The notes under the pieces were generated by a model that worked only from the letters and a program-made list of their open reading frames with translations, was not told the DNA's origin and searched no databases. Positions 18,944 to 28,451 of a stretch of 64,000 nt of DNA are shown here, piece after piece. Source of the stretch: Candidatus Omnitrophota bacterium (lineage in GTDB: Bacteria; Omnitrophota; Gorgyraeia; Gygaellales; UBA12090). Within the stretch, counting starts at the first letter, position 1. Each line of letters starts with the position of its first letter. The translations under genes were made by a program, and so were the position numbers. The stretch is taken from the NCBI GenBank assembly GCA_030674475.1, contig JAUSCZ010000033.1, positions 52,018-116,017 on the forward strand, in the 5' to 3' direction.

Positions 18944-19811
18944 ATTATCCGAATACGCGCTTCAGGACTTAATCCGTAACGCCCTCAAGGAGGATATCGG
19001 CTCCGGGGATGTTACTACTGAACTTTTGATTCCCAAAAATAGGGTAATCAAGGCGGTGATAATTTTAAAGGAAAAAGCAGTGGTCGCGGGTTTAGAAATT
19101 GCCCAAAAAGTATTCAAGGTGATAGATAAAAATATCCAATTTAAGGCAATTTCAGCAGATGGTTCCGGGGAGAAGCCGGGTAAAATAATCGCGAAAATCC
19201 AAGGGAAGGCCGGTTCAATTTTATCCGGGGAGAGGACTGCCTTAAATTTCCTCAGCCATTTATCCGGCATAGCCACCGTTACTAGGAGTTTTGTGAATGA
19301 GGTTAAGCCTTACAAGGCAAAGATTATGGATACCCGTAAGACCATCCCCGGCCTTAGAGAATTAGAGAAATACGCGGTGGCCCTAGGCGGAGGCTGTAAT
19401 CATCGTATGGGGCTCTGGGACGCGGTTTTGGTCAAGGATAATCACATCGCGGTTTTGAAAGCGGGTGCGAGAGGGATAAATATTAAGGATATCGCCCGTC
19501 TGGTAAAAGAAAAGAAGCCCAAAGGGATGAAAACGGATATAGAAGTGCGGAATTTAAAGGAATTCCAGGAAGTTCTGGAGATTCCCCCGGACATAATTAT
19601 GTTAGACAATATGGATATAAGTCAGATTAAGAAGGCTGTGGCGATGCGCGATGCCCAAGGCCTAAGGCCTAAGGTCCAAATAGAGGTTTCCGGCGGCGTC
19701 CACCTAGGCAATGTCAAGATAATCGCCAAAGCCGGGGTAGATATAATTTCTATCGGCGCCCTGACCCATTCAGCCAAAGCCGTAGACATGTCTTTGGAAG
19801 TTACAGGATAA
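18927..19811 (+). CDS. nadC: Quinolinate phosphoribosyltransferase
   Basis: ERTALN, DTRKT, HRMGL, KDNH, MLDN and SGG motifs. Confidence 0.95.
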   Translation: MSLKNKLSEYALQDLIRNALKEDIGSGDVTTELLIPKNRVIKAVIILKEKAVVAGLEIAQKVFKVIDKNIQFKAISADGSGEKPGKIIAKIQGKAGSILSGERTALNFLSHLSGIATVTRSFVNEVKPYKAKIMDTRKTIPGLRELEKYAVALGGGCNHRMGLWDAVLVKDNHIAVLKAGARGINIKDIARLVKEKKPKGMKTDIEVRNLKEFQEVLEIPPDIIMLDNMDISQIKKAVAMRDAQGLRPKVQIEVSGGVHLGNVKIIAKAGVDIISIGALTHSAKAVDMSLEVTG

Positions 19812-19878
19812 AGAAATTATGGGGGGTCAGAATTATGGGGGGTCAGCCCTTGAAATGTGAAATGATTCGGATTAAGCT

Positions 19879-21852
19879 GTGGAGAAGTTTAAATTAACTA
19901 GTTCTTTCAAGCCGGCCGGGGATCAACCCCAAGCGATTGAGGCTTTAACCCAGGGGATTAAGGATGGCCGGAAATATCAAACCCTCTTGGGAGTTACCGG
20001 CTCAGGCAAGACCTTTGCCCTGGCTAATACAATCGCCAAAATCAATAAACCTACCTTAGTTATTTCCCACAATAAAACCCTGGCCGCCCAGCTTTACGGC
20101 GAATTTAAGGAATTCTTCCCGAAAAACGCGGTAGAATATTTTGTCAGCTATTACGACTATTATCAGCCGGAGGCCTATGTCCCTTCCACTGATACCTATA
20201 TTGAGAAAGACGCCTCGATTAACGACCGGCTGGACCGGCTTCGCCTTTCCAGCACTACTTCTTTGCTCAGCCGGCAGGACTGTTTAGTGGTGGCCTCGGT
20301 TTCCTGTATCTATAATTTGGGCTCACCCGAGGATTACCGGGAGTCTCTGGTTTTTCTGGATTTGGGCCAGATAATCCGGCGCGATGAATTATTAAGACAC
20401 TTAATTGACATCCAATACGAGCGCAATGATTACGAATTTATCCGCGGTAAAATCAGGGTGCGGGGGGACACGATAGAGGTCTACCCGGCTTACGCCCAGA
20501 GCGCCGTCCGGATTGAGCTTTTTGGCGATGAGATAGAAAAGATTATTGAGTTTAACCCGGTTGACGGTAAAAAGATAACCGAACTTTCTAAGATTGCTAT
20601 TTATCCGGCTAAGCATTTTATTATCCGCGGCCCCCGGATAGAAGACGCCCTAAAATCTATTTCTTATGAGCTCAGCCAACAGCTGGAACTTATGCGCTCC
20701 CAAAATAAAATCTTAGAGGCCCAGCGTTTAGAGTCGCGCACCAAATACGATATAGAGATGTTAAAGGAAATCGGCTATTGCCACGGGATAGAAAATTATT
20801 CCCGCCATCTTTCGGCCAGGCCCACCGGGAGCCGGCCGCACTGCCTGATAGATTATTTTCCTAAGGATTTTCTCTTGGTAATTGATGAAAGCCATGTAAC
20901 TATTCCCCAGATAAGGGGAATGTATGAGGGGGATAAGGCCAGAAAAGAGACTCTGGTAGAGTTCGGCTTTCGTCTGCCTTCCTGTTTGGATAACCGGCCC
21001 CTGAAATTTAACGAGTTTGAGGGTTTGATAAATCAGGCAATTTTTGTCTCAGCTACCCCGGCAGAATACGAGCTCAAAAAATCCAAGGGTCAGGTTATTG
21101 AGCAGATAATTCGGCCTACCGGTTTGATTGACCCGGAGATTATTATCAAGCCCATCGAGGGCCAGATTGAGGACCTGGTTAAGGAAATCTCCCAACGGGC
21201 CAAAAATAACGAGCGGGTTTTGGTAACTACCCTGACCAAGAGGATGTCTGAGGATCTATCCGCCTATTTAAAGGAAAAAGGCCTGAAGGTGAGATATCTA
21301 CATTCCGAGATTCAAACCCTTGAAAGGGTCAGGATACTTAAAGAATTGCGCCAGAAGAAGTTTGACTGCCTGGTAGGGGTAAATCTTTTGCGCGAGGGTT
21401 TGGACTTGCCCGAGGTTTCCCTGGTAGCCATATTAGACGCGGACAAGGAAGGCTTTTTAAGGTCAGCCACCAGCCTGATCCAGGTCTCCGGACGGGCCGC
21501 CAGGAATATTAACGGCCAGGTGATTATGTACGCGGATACCATTACCGGCTCAATGCGCCAGGCAATTGAAGAAAGCTCCCGGCGCCGGAAGAAACAGTTT
21601 GAATTTAATCTCAAGAATAAAATCACTCCCCGGAGTATCCAGAAGTCCATCCGCGAAGGCCTTGAGCTTTTGGATGAAGCCGAGAGCCTGGTTGAAGGCC
21701 TCACCGGCTTAGCCAAAGAAGAATACGAGCTGAGCTCCTATATCAGCGAGCTGGAATACCAGATGGAGCTGGCCGCCCGCAACCTGCAGTTTGAAGAAGC
21801 CGCCCGGATAAGGGATAAGATCAAGGAACTAAAGACAGGCAGCCCTGATTAA
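19879..21852 (+). CDS. uvrB: Excinuclease ABC subunit B
   Basis: GVTGSGKT, YYDYYQPEAY, DESH, C-terminal UVR domain. Confidence 0.97.
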   Translation: MEKFKLTSSFKPAGDQPQAIEALTQGIKDGRKYQTLLGVTGSGKTFALANTIAKINKPTLVISHNKTLAAQLYGEFKEFFPKNAVEYFVSYYDYYQPEAYVPSTDTYIEKDASINDRLDRLRLSSTTSLLSRQDCLVVASVSCIYNLGSPEDYRESLVFLDLGQIIRRDELLRHLIDIQYERNDYEFIRGKIRVRGDTIEVYPAYAQSAVRIELFGDEIEKIIEFNPVDGKKITELSKIAIYPAKHFIIRGPRIEDALKSISYELSQQLELMRSQNKILEAQRLESRTKYDIEMLKEIGYCHGIENYSRHLSARPTGSRPHCLIDYFPKDFLLVIDESHVTIPQIRGMYEGDKARKETLVEFGFRLPSCLDNRPLKFNEFEGLINQAIFVSATPAEYELKKSKGQVIEQIIRPTGLIDPEIIIKPIEGQIEDLVKEISQRAKNNERVLVTTLTKRMSEDLSAYLKEKGLKVRYLHSEIQTLERVRILKELRQKKFDCLVGVNLLREGLDLPEVSLVAILDADKEGFLRSATSLIQVSGRAARNINGQVIMYADTITGSMRQAIEESSRRRKKQFEFNLKNKITPRSIQKSIREGLELLDEAESLVEGLTGLAKEEYELSSYISELEYQMELAARNLQFEEAARIRDKIKELKTGSPD

Positions 21853-21966
21853 ATTTGAATAGGGTTTCACCAAATTCCCTCTTCTTTCAGAGAAAGGGTT
21901 GTCGGTTCACCAAATTCCCTCTCCCTCCGGGAGAGGGCTAGGGCGAGGGGGAATGAAACGATTTTC

Positions 21967-22006
21967 TTGACAGTGTATTCAATTTTGAGTACAATCGTAC
22001 TCAAAA
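21967..22006 (+). promoter_or_regulatory. Sigma70 promoter overlapped by an inverted-repeat operator
   Basis: TTGACA-17 nt-TACAAT; TTTTGAGTAC-aatc-GTACTCAAAA (21983-22006). Confidence 0.7.
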
Positions 22007-22015
22007 GGAGCAGAA

Positions 22016-22588
22016 TTGTTAAATCTTTATATCACCAAATCCAGAATCAGGCAGGATCTGCTTGCCCTATTTTTCACCAATCCTTCTCAAAGGTATTACC
22101 TCAGAGAGATTCAACGTATTCTCGGGCATTCCGCCGGCACTATCCGCAGGGAGCTTTTAAGATTCCAGGAAGACAGCTTATTCACCACCAAGAGAAACGG
22201 CAATCTTTTATACTATTCGTTAAACAGGAAGCATCCTTTATTTGATGAATTAAAAAGTATTATTTCAAAAACAATCGGCATGGAAGGAAGCCTGAAAAAC
22301 GCGTTAGTATCGCTTAAGGGAATAAGTTTTGCCTTTATTTACGGGTCGTTTGCCTCCAGGAAAGAAAAATCCGCGAGCGATATTGACTTGATGGTAATCG
22401 GGGACCCTGATGCGTCTTTACTTAATGAGAAAATAGCTCAGTCGGAAAATAAGCTGAAGAGAGAAATAAACCACCTGGTGTATTCTTTAGAAGAATACAA
22501 GGCGAAGAAAAAGACAAAAAGCGGTTTTATCACGGATATTCTGAATAATCCCAAAATAATGCTGATAGGACAGGAAAGTGAATTATAA
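22016..22588 (+). CDS. HTH + minimal nucleotidyltransferase (MNT) protein
   Basis: N-terminal wHTH (YLREIQR...GTIRREL); YGSFA...SDIDL pol-beta NTase motif. Confidence 0.85.
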   Translation: MLNLYITKSRIRQDLLALFFTNPSQRYYLREIQRILGHSAGTIRRELLRFQEDSLFTTKRNGNLLYYSLNRKHPLFDELKSIISKTIGMEGSLKNALVSLKGISFAFIYGSFASRKEKSASDIDLMVIGDPDASLLNEKIAQSENKLKREINHLVYSLEEYKAKKKTKSGFITDILNNPKIMLIGQESEL

Positions 22589-22605
22589 TACCAGGAAAAC
22601 TTTCC

Positions 22606-24414
22606 ATGAGTAACCCTAAATATAAAAATAGCCGCGGCCGGCTGCGCATTGGCGACGATTGGAACGCGATAACAATTATCGCGCTTTCGCAAAACAATCC
22701 TTTAAAGGCAATTGCTGAATTGGTGGAAAATAGCATTGACGCCCAGGCCGGACATATTACCATTATCCGCGGTAAAGAACACGGAGAGCACTACCTTAAA
22801 GTTATCGACGATGGACAGGGTATTCCTTGCGATGGGGAAGGTATTCCTGATTTTAAGTATGTGGCAACCCATATCTGTGATTCGCTGAAACGGCGTTTAA
22901 AAGAAGGAGGCTTCCAAAACATTCAGGGAGAATTCGGTATCGGCCTGCTTAGTTTTTGGACCGTCGGACATAAACTATTGATGGTCTCTTCCGGCAAAGA
23001 TGGCAAGGCCTACCAAATGAATATGGAGAAAGGTAAGCCAGGTTATTCAATATCCCACCGTCCCCATCTGCTACCCATAAAAGGAACGCAGTTAACCATA
23101 GCCTCTTTGCTCGCGGGAATACGTATGCTCAGCGGCGAAAAAATTCAACGATATTTAGCCTCCGAGTTAAGAGACCGGATTCGTCATTCAGGCGTGAAGA
23201 TTAAGATTATTGACCGAACCGCTCGCGCGGAGTTTGAGGTTGAACCGCGCCAATATGAAGGCCAGCTTATCCATGATCTTCCTTTGCTTACAACGGCTTT
23301 CGGTGAACCTATTTATGTGGAGATATATATCGCGGGAAAAAATAGCGAAAACAGCGTTAGCCTTTTTCGTTCAGGGACACGGGTGCTCCCTAATATCTCT
23401 ATACTTGATTTCTTTCAATGTGAGCCCTGGACTTCCGGTTATTTTGAGGGAATTATTGATGCTCCCTTCTTACATCTTACGCCCGGCACCAGAGACGGAA
23501 TAATTCATGATGAACTATTGTCCGGATTCTGTGATTCTATAGCGCCTCTTAAAGAACGGCTGACGGCAATTGCTTTGGAGCAAGGCAAAGCTGAAGAAGA
23601 GCGGATGAGCAAGAATATACTCCGTTCCGTGCAGAAGGCATTCCTTGATGCTATGACCGCTTTGCCGCCCGAAGAATATGATTGGTTTGGTATCGAGCAA
23701 AAGAACGCGCATCGTTCGTCCACTGACAACAATGATATCGCGAAGGAAAATGGCGTAATGATGGTTCCTGACGCGCTAAGGCAGGGAGAGAAGAAAAGCG
23801 GGCAGAAAGAGTTTTTCGAAATCGCCGGGCCGCTCTTTTCCACCCGTATCCAGCCAGGTTCGGCACTGGTGCAGGTGGGCAAGACGAAACCTTTCCGGGC
23901 TATCGGATTAGATCGCAACAAACGTCAGGTAGAAGAGAATCTCTCATATCTATGGTGTATTACGGAAGGAAAAGGAGATCTCGATAAATTAGACGGCGAG
24001 ATGGTTGTTTTTAACGCCCCCCTGGAACCCGGCTTGAGTAAATTAAAACTGGTGATTCAACGAGACGATATACGTTGCGAGACAGAAAGCATCGTTACCG
24101 TTGTGGATTCTTTGTTTAAGGTTTCGGCTGAAAACAGTGAATTCCCACGCAAGGGATTACCCGGCTATACGCTAGAAAGCGCCCCTGGATATACCTGGCG
24201 CTCGCGCTATGACGAAAAACGCAATATTGTTATCATCAACAGCGGCCATCGCGATTTCATTTACGCCGGACGCGAGAAAGCCAGAAAACTGCGCTATATC
24301 TGCCGCCTCTTCGCCAAAGAATTGATTTTGCAAAATTTTGCCGGTCTGTCTTCCGGAGAACTCCTGGAGCGTCTGGTCGAATTATCATTATACACTGAAG
24401 AGAATTTGCGCTGA
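22606..24414 (+). CDS. GHKL (MORC/HSP90-like) ATPase, function unknown
   Basis: ELVENSIDA, DDGQG, GEFGIG and GT Bergerat-fold boxes; beta-rich C-terminal region. Confidence 0.8.
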   Translation: MSNPKYKNSRGRLRIGDDWNAITIIALSQNNPLKAIAELVENSIDAQAGHITIIRGKEHGEHYLKVIDDGQGIPCDGEGIPDFKYVATHICDSLKRRLKEGGFQNIQGEFGIGLLSFWTVGHKLLMVSSGKDGKAYQMNMEKGKPGYSISHRPHLLPIKGTQLTIASLLAGIRMLSGEKIQRYLASELRDRIRHSGVKIKIIDRTARAEFEVEPRQYEGQLIHDLPLLTTAFGEPIYVEIYIAGKNSENSVSLFRSGTRVLPNISILDFFQCEPWTSGYFEGIIDAPFLHLTPGTRDGIIHDELLSGFCDSIAPLKERLTAIALEQGKAEEERMSKNILRSVQKAFLDAMTALPPEEYDWFGIEQKNAHRSSTDNNDIAKENGVMMVPDALRQGEKKSGQKEFFEIAGPLFSTRIQPGSALVQVGKTKPFRAIGLDRNKRQVEENLSYLWCITEGKGDLDKLDGEMVVFNAPLEPGLSKLKLVIQRDDIRCETESIVTVVDSLFKVSAENSEFPRKGLPGYTLESAPGYTWRSRYDEKRNIVIINSGHRDFIYAGREKARKLRYICRLFAKELILQNFAGLSSGELLERLVELSLYTEENLR

Positions 24415-24540
24415 TTGCAGGCCGGGTTACCCTACTAACAGGAGCAAATTGACCCGCGGAAGATAAAAAGCGAGAATGCCAAGATTCAAGACCCCTTTTA
24501 TCCTATCCACGAGAGCAGATTTGCCAACTTAGAGACAAAT

Positions 24541-24641
24541 TTTACCCAACAGACAAGCTTAGCGCCATGTTTGTTGGGTAATTTATTTTGTTGACATTTG
24601 TTACCTAACAAGTTAAATTATAGTATGGTTTGTTAGGTAAC
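24541..24641 (+). promoter_or_regulatory. Promoter with two 42-bp inverted-repeat operators
   Basis: TTACCCAACA...TGTTGGGTAA and GTTACCTAACAA...TTGTTAGGTAAC flanking TTGACA at 24591. Confidence 0.7.
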
Positions 24642-24651
24642 AGGAGGACTT

Positions 24652-24972
24652 ATGAGAGGTGTTATAAAAGGAGTATTGGCGGAAGAATTGGAAAATTCTC
24701 TTCGCATGAAGAAGGAATACGAAGGAGCTTTGAGGAATTTGCCTAAAGGGTGTCTTGCGGTAAGAAAAATACGAGGCCATGAGTATTGTTACCTGGCAGA
24801 AAGAGTGGATAAGAAAGTAAAGTATATTTACAAAGGTAAACTATCCGCAGAAGAAAAGAAAAGGTATGAAGAGGCCAAAGAATTAAGGGCTAAATACAGG
24901 AAATTATTGTCTCAAGTCAAAAAGCAAATAAGATTCTTAAGGAGTTCTCTGCGTGGAAAAGAAGCAGTCTGA
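24652..24972 (+). CDS. Small basic protein (paralogue of 27362-27679), putative DNA-binding antitoxin/regulator
   Basis: AGGAGG RBS; LPKG...IRGHEY motif; clearly similar to the 105-aa ORF at 27362. Confidence 0.75.
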   Translation: MRGVIKGVLAEELENSLRMKKEYEGALRNLPKGCLAVRKIRGHEYCYLAERVDKKVKYIYKGKLSAEEKKRYEEAKELRAKYRKLLSQVKKQIRFLRSSLRGKEAV

Positions 24973-25111
24973 TTTATGCCTTGAAATCTTAAGGAGGCTC
25001 CATAAGGCCGGTATCTTGGATGATTTAATCCTTATAGGCAGTTGGTGCGTATATTTCTATAGAGAATATTCCAGCAATGTGTCCTACATGGATCAAACCA
25101 CTATGCGAAAT
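24953..25111 (+). pseudogene. Truncated nucleotidyltransferase-like gene (5' part, paralogue of 27660-28352)
   Basis: LIGSWC motif as in the 230-aa paralogue; similarity stops where mod-like sequence begins. Confidence 0.75.
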
Positions 25112-25256
25112 CAGTCATTCAGGACAAAGAAAGACAGAAAACTTGAACTTGTTTTCAACCGAAAAAGAAATTTCCAGGGGATGGCGTAAGATTGCCGTTA
25201 AGGTGGTTGATATTTTTGGTAATGATACGATAAGAGTAATTAAGGTGAATATATAA
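25112..25256 (+). pseudogene. 3'-terminal remnant of a type III Mod gene
   Basis: Aligns by eye with 31921-32064 (CAGTCATTCAGGAC...GGCGTAAGATTGCCGTTAAGGTGGTTGATATTTT...), with a 1-nt indel. Confidence 0.88.
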
Positions 25257-25299
25257 GTTTTTATATGGCCAATATATGATAAAAGGGGGGGGGTAATGC

Positions 25300-26991
25300 A
25301 TGAAAAAAAATCTTTTGGATACAAAAACAGCTTCATGGGGGGAGTTAATTAAGAATGGAAGAACCTTTATGGTCCCAAGATTTCAAAGAGATTATTCGTG
25401 GGAGGAAGAGCAATGGGATGATCTTTGGTATGACTTGGTTAATTTAGAGGAAGAAGATTTTCATTATATGGGGTATTTAGTATTACAAAATAGCCCCACG
25501 AATGAATATCTGGTTATCGACGGACAGCAGAGATTGACGACTTTAAGTATTATTGCTTTAGCGGTGATTCAACACATCGCGGAATTGATTGAGAAAGGTA
25601 AGGACCATAAAAACAACGAAGAGCGCAAGAAATTGTTGATGGACTCGTTTCTTGGATATAAAGATCCGGCTTCTTTGGTAGCCAAGAGCAAATTAACGCT
25701 TAATCGTAATAATAATGATTTTTATCAAAGTTACTTATTGCGTTTTAGAAAACCAACGAGTAAAAGTAAACTCAAGCCTTCTGAAAAACTTCTTATTAAC
25801 GCTGTCGAATATTTTTATGAAAAGATAAAGTTTAAGTTCGGTCAGGATATTTCAGGTGAGAAATTGGCTGATTTTCTTGATAAGAAAACGGCGGATAAAT
25901 TTATATTCACGTTTATTACTGTTGATAATGATTTGAATGCTTACAAAGTATTTGAAACACTCAATTCAAGGGGGGTGAGGCTATCTCCCACGGATTTGTT
26001 AAAAAATTATTTGTTTATGGTGGCGGCTCAAAAAGGCGAAACTGATATCGATCAAGCTGAAAGACAATGGCAAAGTATTAATAATATTTTAGGTGGAATA
26101 GAGCTTACCACATATCTAAGGCATTTTTGGAATTCGAGAAATATGATCGCCAGAAAGCAGAATTTATTTAAAGTTGTTAAGAATTCAATTACTGACGCGG
26201 ATCAGGCCTTCGCTTTATTGGATGAACTTGAAAATAACGCGCAACTTTACGCGGCTTTTTCTCAGCCAGAAGATGAGCTTTGGAAACAGGCTGAGCAAAG
26301 CGAATATATTAGACAATTAAAATTATTCGGCGTGACCCAGTGTTATCCTCTTTTGTTGGCGGCTTATAAGAAGTTTGACCCGAATGAATACGCTCGTTTA
26401 TTGAGATGCTGTTGTGTGATTGCTTTTCGATACAATGTGATTGGCGGGCTAAATCCCAATAAGCTGGAAGATGAATACAGCAAAACGGCTCAGGATGTTT
26501 ATGCCGGCACGCTGAAAAACGCGCGGGAAATATTTCATAACCTGAAATCGGTTTATGTCATTGATGAAGAGTTTGAAAGCTCATTCGCCGCGAAAAGTAT
26601 TACCACCAAGGGAAAGGGCGCGAAATTAGTCAGATATATCCTTTTCTCATTGGAAAATCAGATAAGCAATAAAAAATATGATTTTAGTGATAGCTCCGTA
26701 ACTATCGAGCATATATTACCGGAAAATCCTTCTCAAAGCTGGGAGTCAAATTTTACTATTGAAGAGCAAATTCAATTTGTATTTCGTTTAGGCAATTACG
26801 CGCTTTTGGAAGAATCAAAAAATAAAATGTGTCAAAACGACTTTTATCCGACAAAGAAAGAAATTTACAAAACAAGCAGTTATAAAATAACAGCCCAAGA
26901 TAGCGTATGCGATGAATGGAACCCCGAAAGAATTTCAGAGAGACAAAAGAAGTTGGCAAAATACGCTAAAACTGTCTGGAAATTTGAGTGA
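25300..26991 (+). CDS. DUF262 + DUF1524 (GmrSD-like) protein, putative type IV modification-dependent restriction
   Basis: PRFQRDYSW, DGQQR, FETLNSRG, and EHILP...LGN HNH-like motifs. Confidence 0.88.
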   Translation: MKKNLLDTKTASWGELIKNGRTFMVPRFQRDYSWEEEQWDDLWYDLVNLEEEDFHYMGYLVLQNSPTNEYLVIDGQQRLTTLSIIALAVIQHIAELIEKGKDHKNNEERKKLLMDSFLGYKDPASLVAKSKLTLNRNNNDFYQSYLLRFRKPTSKSKLKPSEKLLINAVEYFYEKIKFKFGQDISGEKLADFLDKKTADKFIFTFITVDNDLNAYKVFETLNSRGVRLSPTDLLKNYLFMVAAQKGETDIDQAERQWQSINNILGGIELTTYLRHFWNSRNMIARKQNLFKVVKNSITDADQAFALLDELENNAQLYAAFSQPEDELWKQAEQSEYIRQLKLFGVTQCYPLLLAAYKKFDPNEYARLLRCCCVIAFRYNVIGGLNPNKLEDEYSKTAQDVYAGTLKNAREIFHNLKSVYVIDEEFESSFAAKSITTKGKGAKLVRYILFSLENQISNKKYDFSDSSVTIEHILPENPSQSWESNFTIEEQIQFVFRLGNYALLEESKNKMCQNDFYPTKKEIYKTSSYKITAQDSVCDEWNPERISERQKKLAKYAKTVWKFE

Positions 26992-26994
26992 TTT

Positions 26995-27147
26995 ATGGCG
27001 CCGCGCGCGCAAGGTTATGAAAAACTATTCCCGCCTTTTGTGCCGGAGCTTAGGAAGCGGGTTAAGGAGTGGCGGGATAAGGGCTACGAGGGGGCGAGCG
27101 CGACATCAAGGGCTCTTTTAAGCTGGCGGTTCAAAGAAGACCTCTTG
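26995..27147 (+). pseudogene. 5' remnant of a type III Res gene
   Basis: GYEKLFPPFVPELRKRVKEWRDKGYEGAS nearly identical to Res residues at 33209-33340. Confidence 0.88.
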
Positions 27148-27231
27148 CTTATGGAATATAAGCTTACAGTGAGAGAAAGACGAGATAATGTCTACTGTCC
27201 GGGTCTGACCCCTAAAACCTAAAACCGCTTG

Positions 27232-27335
27232 AAAGTTACCATACTTAGTATGACATTCCTGCATTTGTATGGTAACTTTTTTGTTTGACAATGGTTGTCA
27301 TACAATATATACTATTATATAGTTTGTATGGTAAC
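27232..27335 (+). promoter_or_regulatory. Promoter with two 42-bp inverted-repeat operators
   Basis: GTTACCATAC...GTATGGTAAC and GTTGTCATACAA...TTGTATGGTAAC; TTGACA-17 nt-TATACT. Confidence 0.72.
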
Positions 27336-27361
27336 TAATTCAATCGAACGGAGAGTTTAAT

Positions 27362-27679
27362 ATGGGAGTCATAAAAGGAGTGCTTAAAGAAGAACTCGAG
27401 AATTCTATACGCATGAAAAGCGACTATGAGCGTGAATTGGCAAAGCTGCCTAAAGGCAGCCTCATTAAGAAAAAGGTTAAGGGGCATGAGTACTATTATC
27501 TTTTGTTGCGGGAGAAAGGGAAGGTAAGATTCATCTATAGAGGGAAAGTGTCTGATGAAGAAATAAAAAAATACAAAGAAGCAAAAGAATACAGGGCTAA
27601 GTACAGAAAATTATTATCTCAGGTAAAAAAACAAATTAGATTCTTAAGGAGCACTCTGCGTGGAAAAGAATCAATATGA
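27362..27679 (+). CDS. Small basic protein, putative DNA-binding antitoxin/regulator
   Basis: LPKGSLIKKKVKGHEYYYL; overlaps the downstream NTase gene. Confidence 0.75.
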   Translation: MGVIKGVLKEELENSIRMKSDYERELAKLPKGSLIKKKVKGHEYYYLLLREKGKVRFIYRGKVSDEEIKKYKEAKEYRAKYRKLLSQVKKQIRFLRSTLRGKESI

Positions 27680-28352
27680 ACTATGCATTAAGGTTCTAAA
27701 AAGATTTGATAAGGCCGGAGTTCTAAAAGACGTTATTCTTATAGGTAGTTGGTGTATTCCATTCTATAAAGAATATTTTGCGGGCATAAAGTATATCTCG
27801 ACCATTAAGACAAGAGATGTAGATTTCTTGATTCCCAACCCGCGCGGAATCAGGGCTAATGTGAATATCCCAGAATTATTAAAAGACTTAGGATTTATCA
27901 TTGGTTATAGGGGAGCAAAAGGATATATTAAATTAGAACATCCTGATCTGGTAGTGGAATTTTTATCTCCAGAGAAAGGAAAAGGCACCGATAGGCCAAT
28001 CCCCTTACCGAAGTTAGGCGTTAACGCGGTTGCTCTGAGATTTTTGAGTTTGCTTACTGATAATGTAATTAAGGCTAAAGTTGAAGATTTTGAAGTCTTA
28101 TTACCTCATCCTGCCAATTTCGCCCTCCACAAATTAATAATTTTCCAGCGTAGACTCAAAGAAGATAAAGCAATAAAAGACAGAAATGCGGCGGTAGAAA
28201 TTCTTAAAGCTTTGATAACTAAGGGCGAAGCGGTAACTATCAAGCACGTTTTTAATTCCATGCTTCCAAAATGGCAGAAAAAAGTTATAAAAGGATTGCA
28301 GGAAGCCAAAGAAAGAGAGATTATTCTTATACTACAAAATGCCGGAAAATAG
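27660..28352 (+). CDS. Nucleotidyltransferase-like protein (GSU2403/AbiEii-like)
   Basis: LIGSW, TRDVDF, PHPANFALHKLI and KD motifs of pol-beta-like NTases. Confidence 0.75.
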   Translation: MEKNQYELCIKVLKRFDKAGVLKDVILIGSWCIPFYKEYFAGIKYISTIKTRDVDFLIPNPRGIRANVNIPELLKDLGFIIGYRGAKGYIKLEHPDLVVEFLSPEKGKGTDRPIPLPKLGVNAVALRFLSLLTDNVIKAKVEDFEVLLPHPANFALHKLIIFQRRLKEDKAIKDRNAAVEILKALITKGEAVTIKHVFNSMLPKWQKKVIKGLQEAKEREIILILQNAGK

Positions 28353-28451
28353 TCTATGTAGTGTATGTATAAAGGAATAAGGGGTTATGCCTCAAAACTC
28401 CAAAATAGTCCTTGACGTTGGAATTGATAAGAGATTGGATAAATTGTAAAT

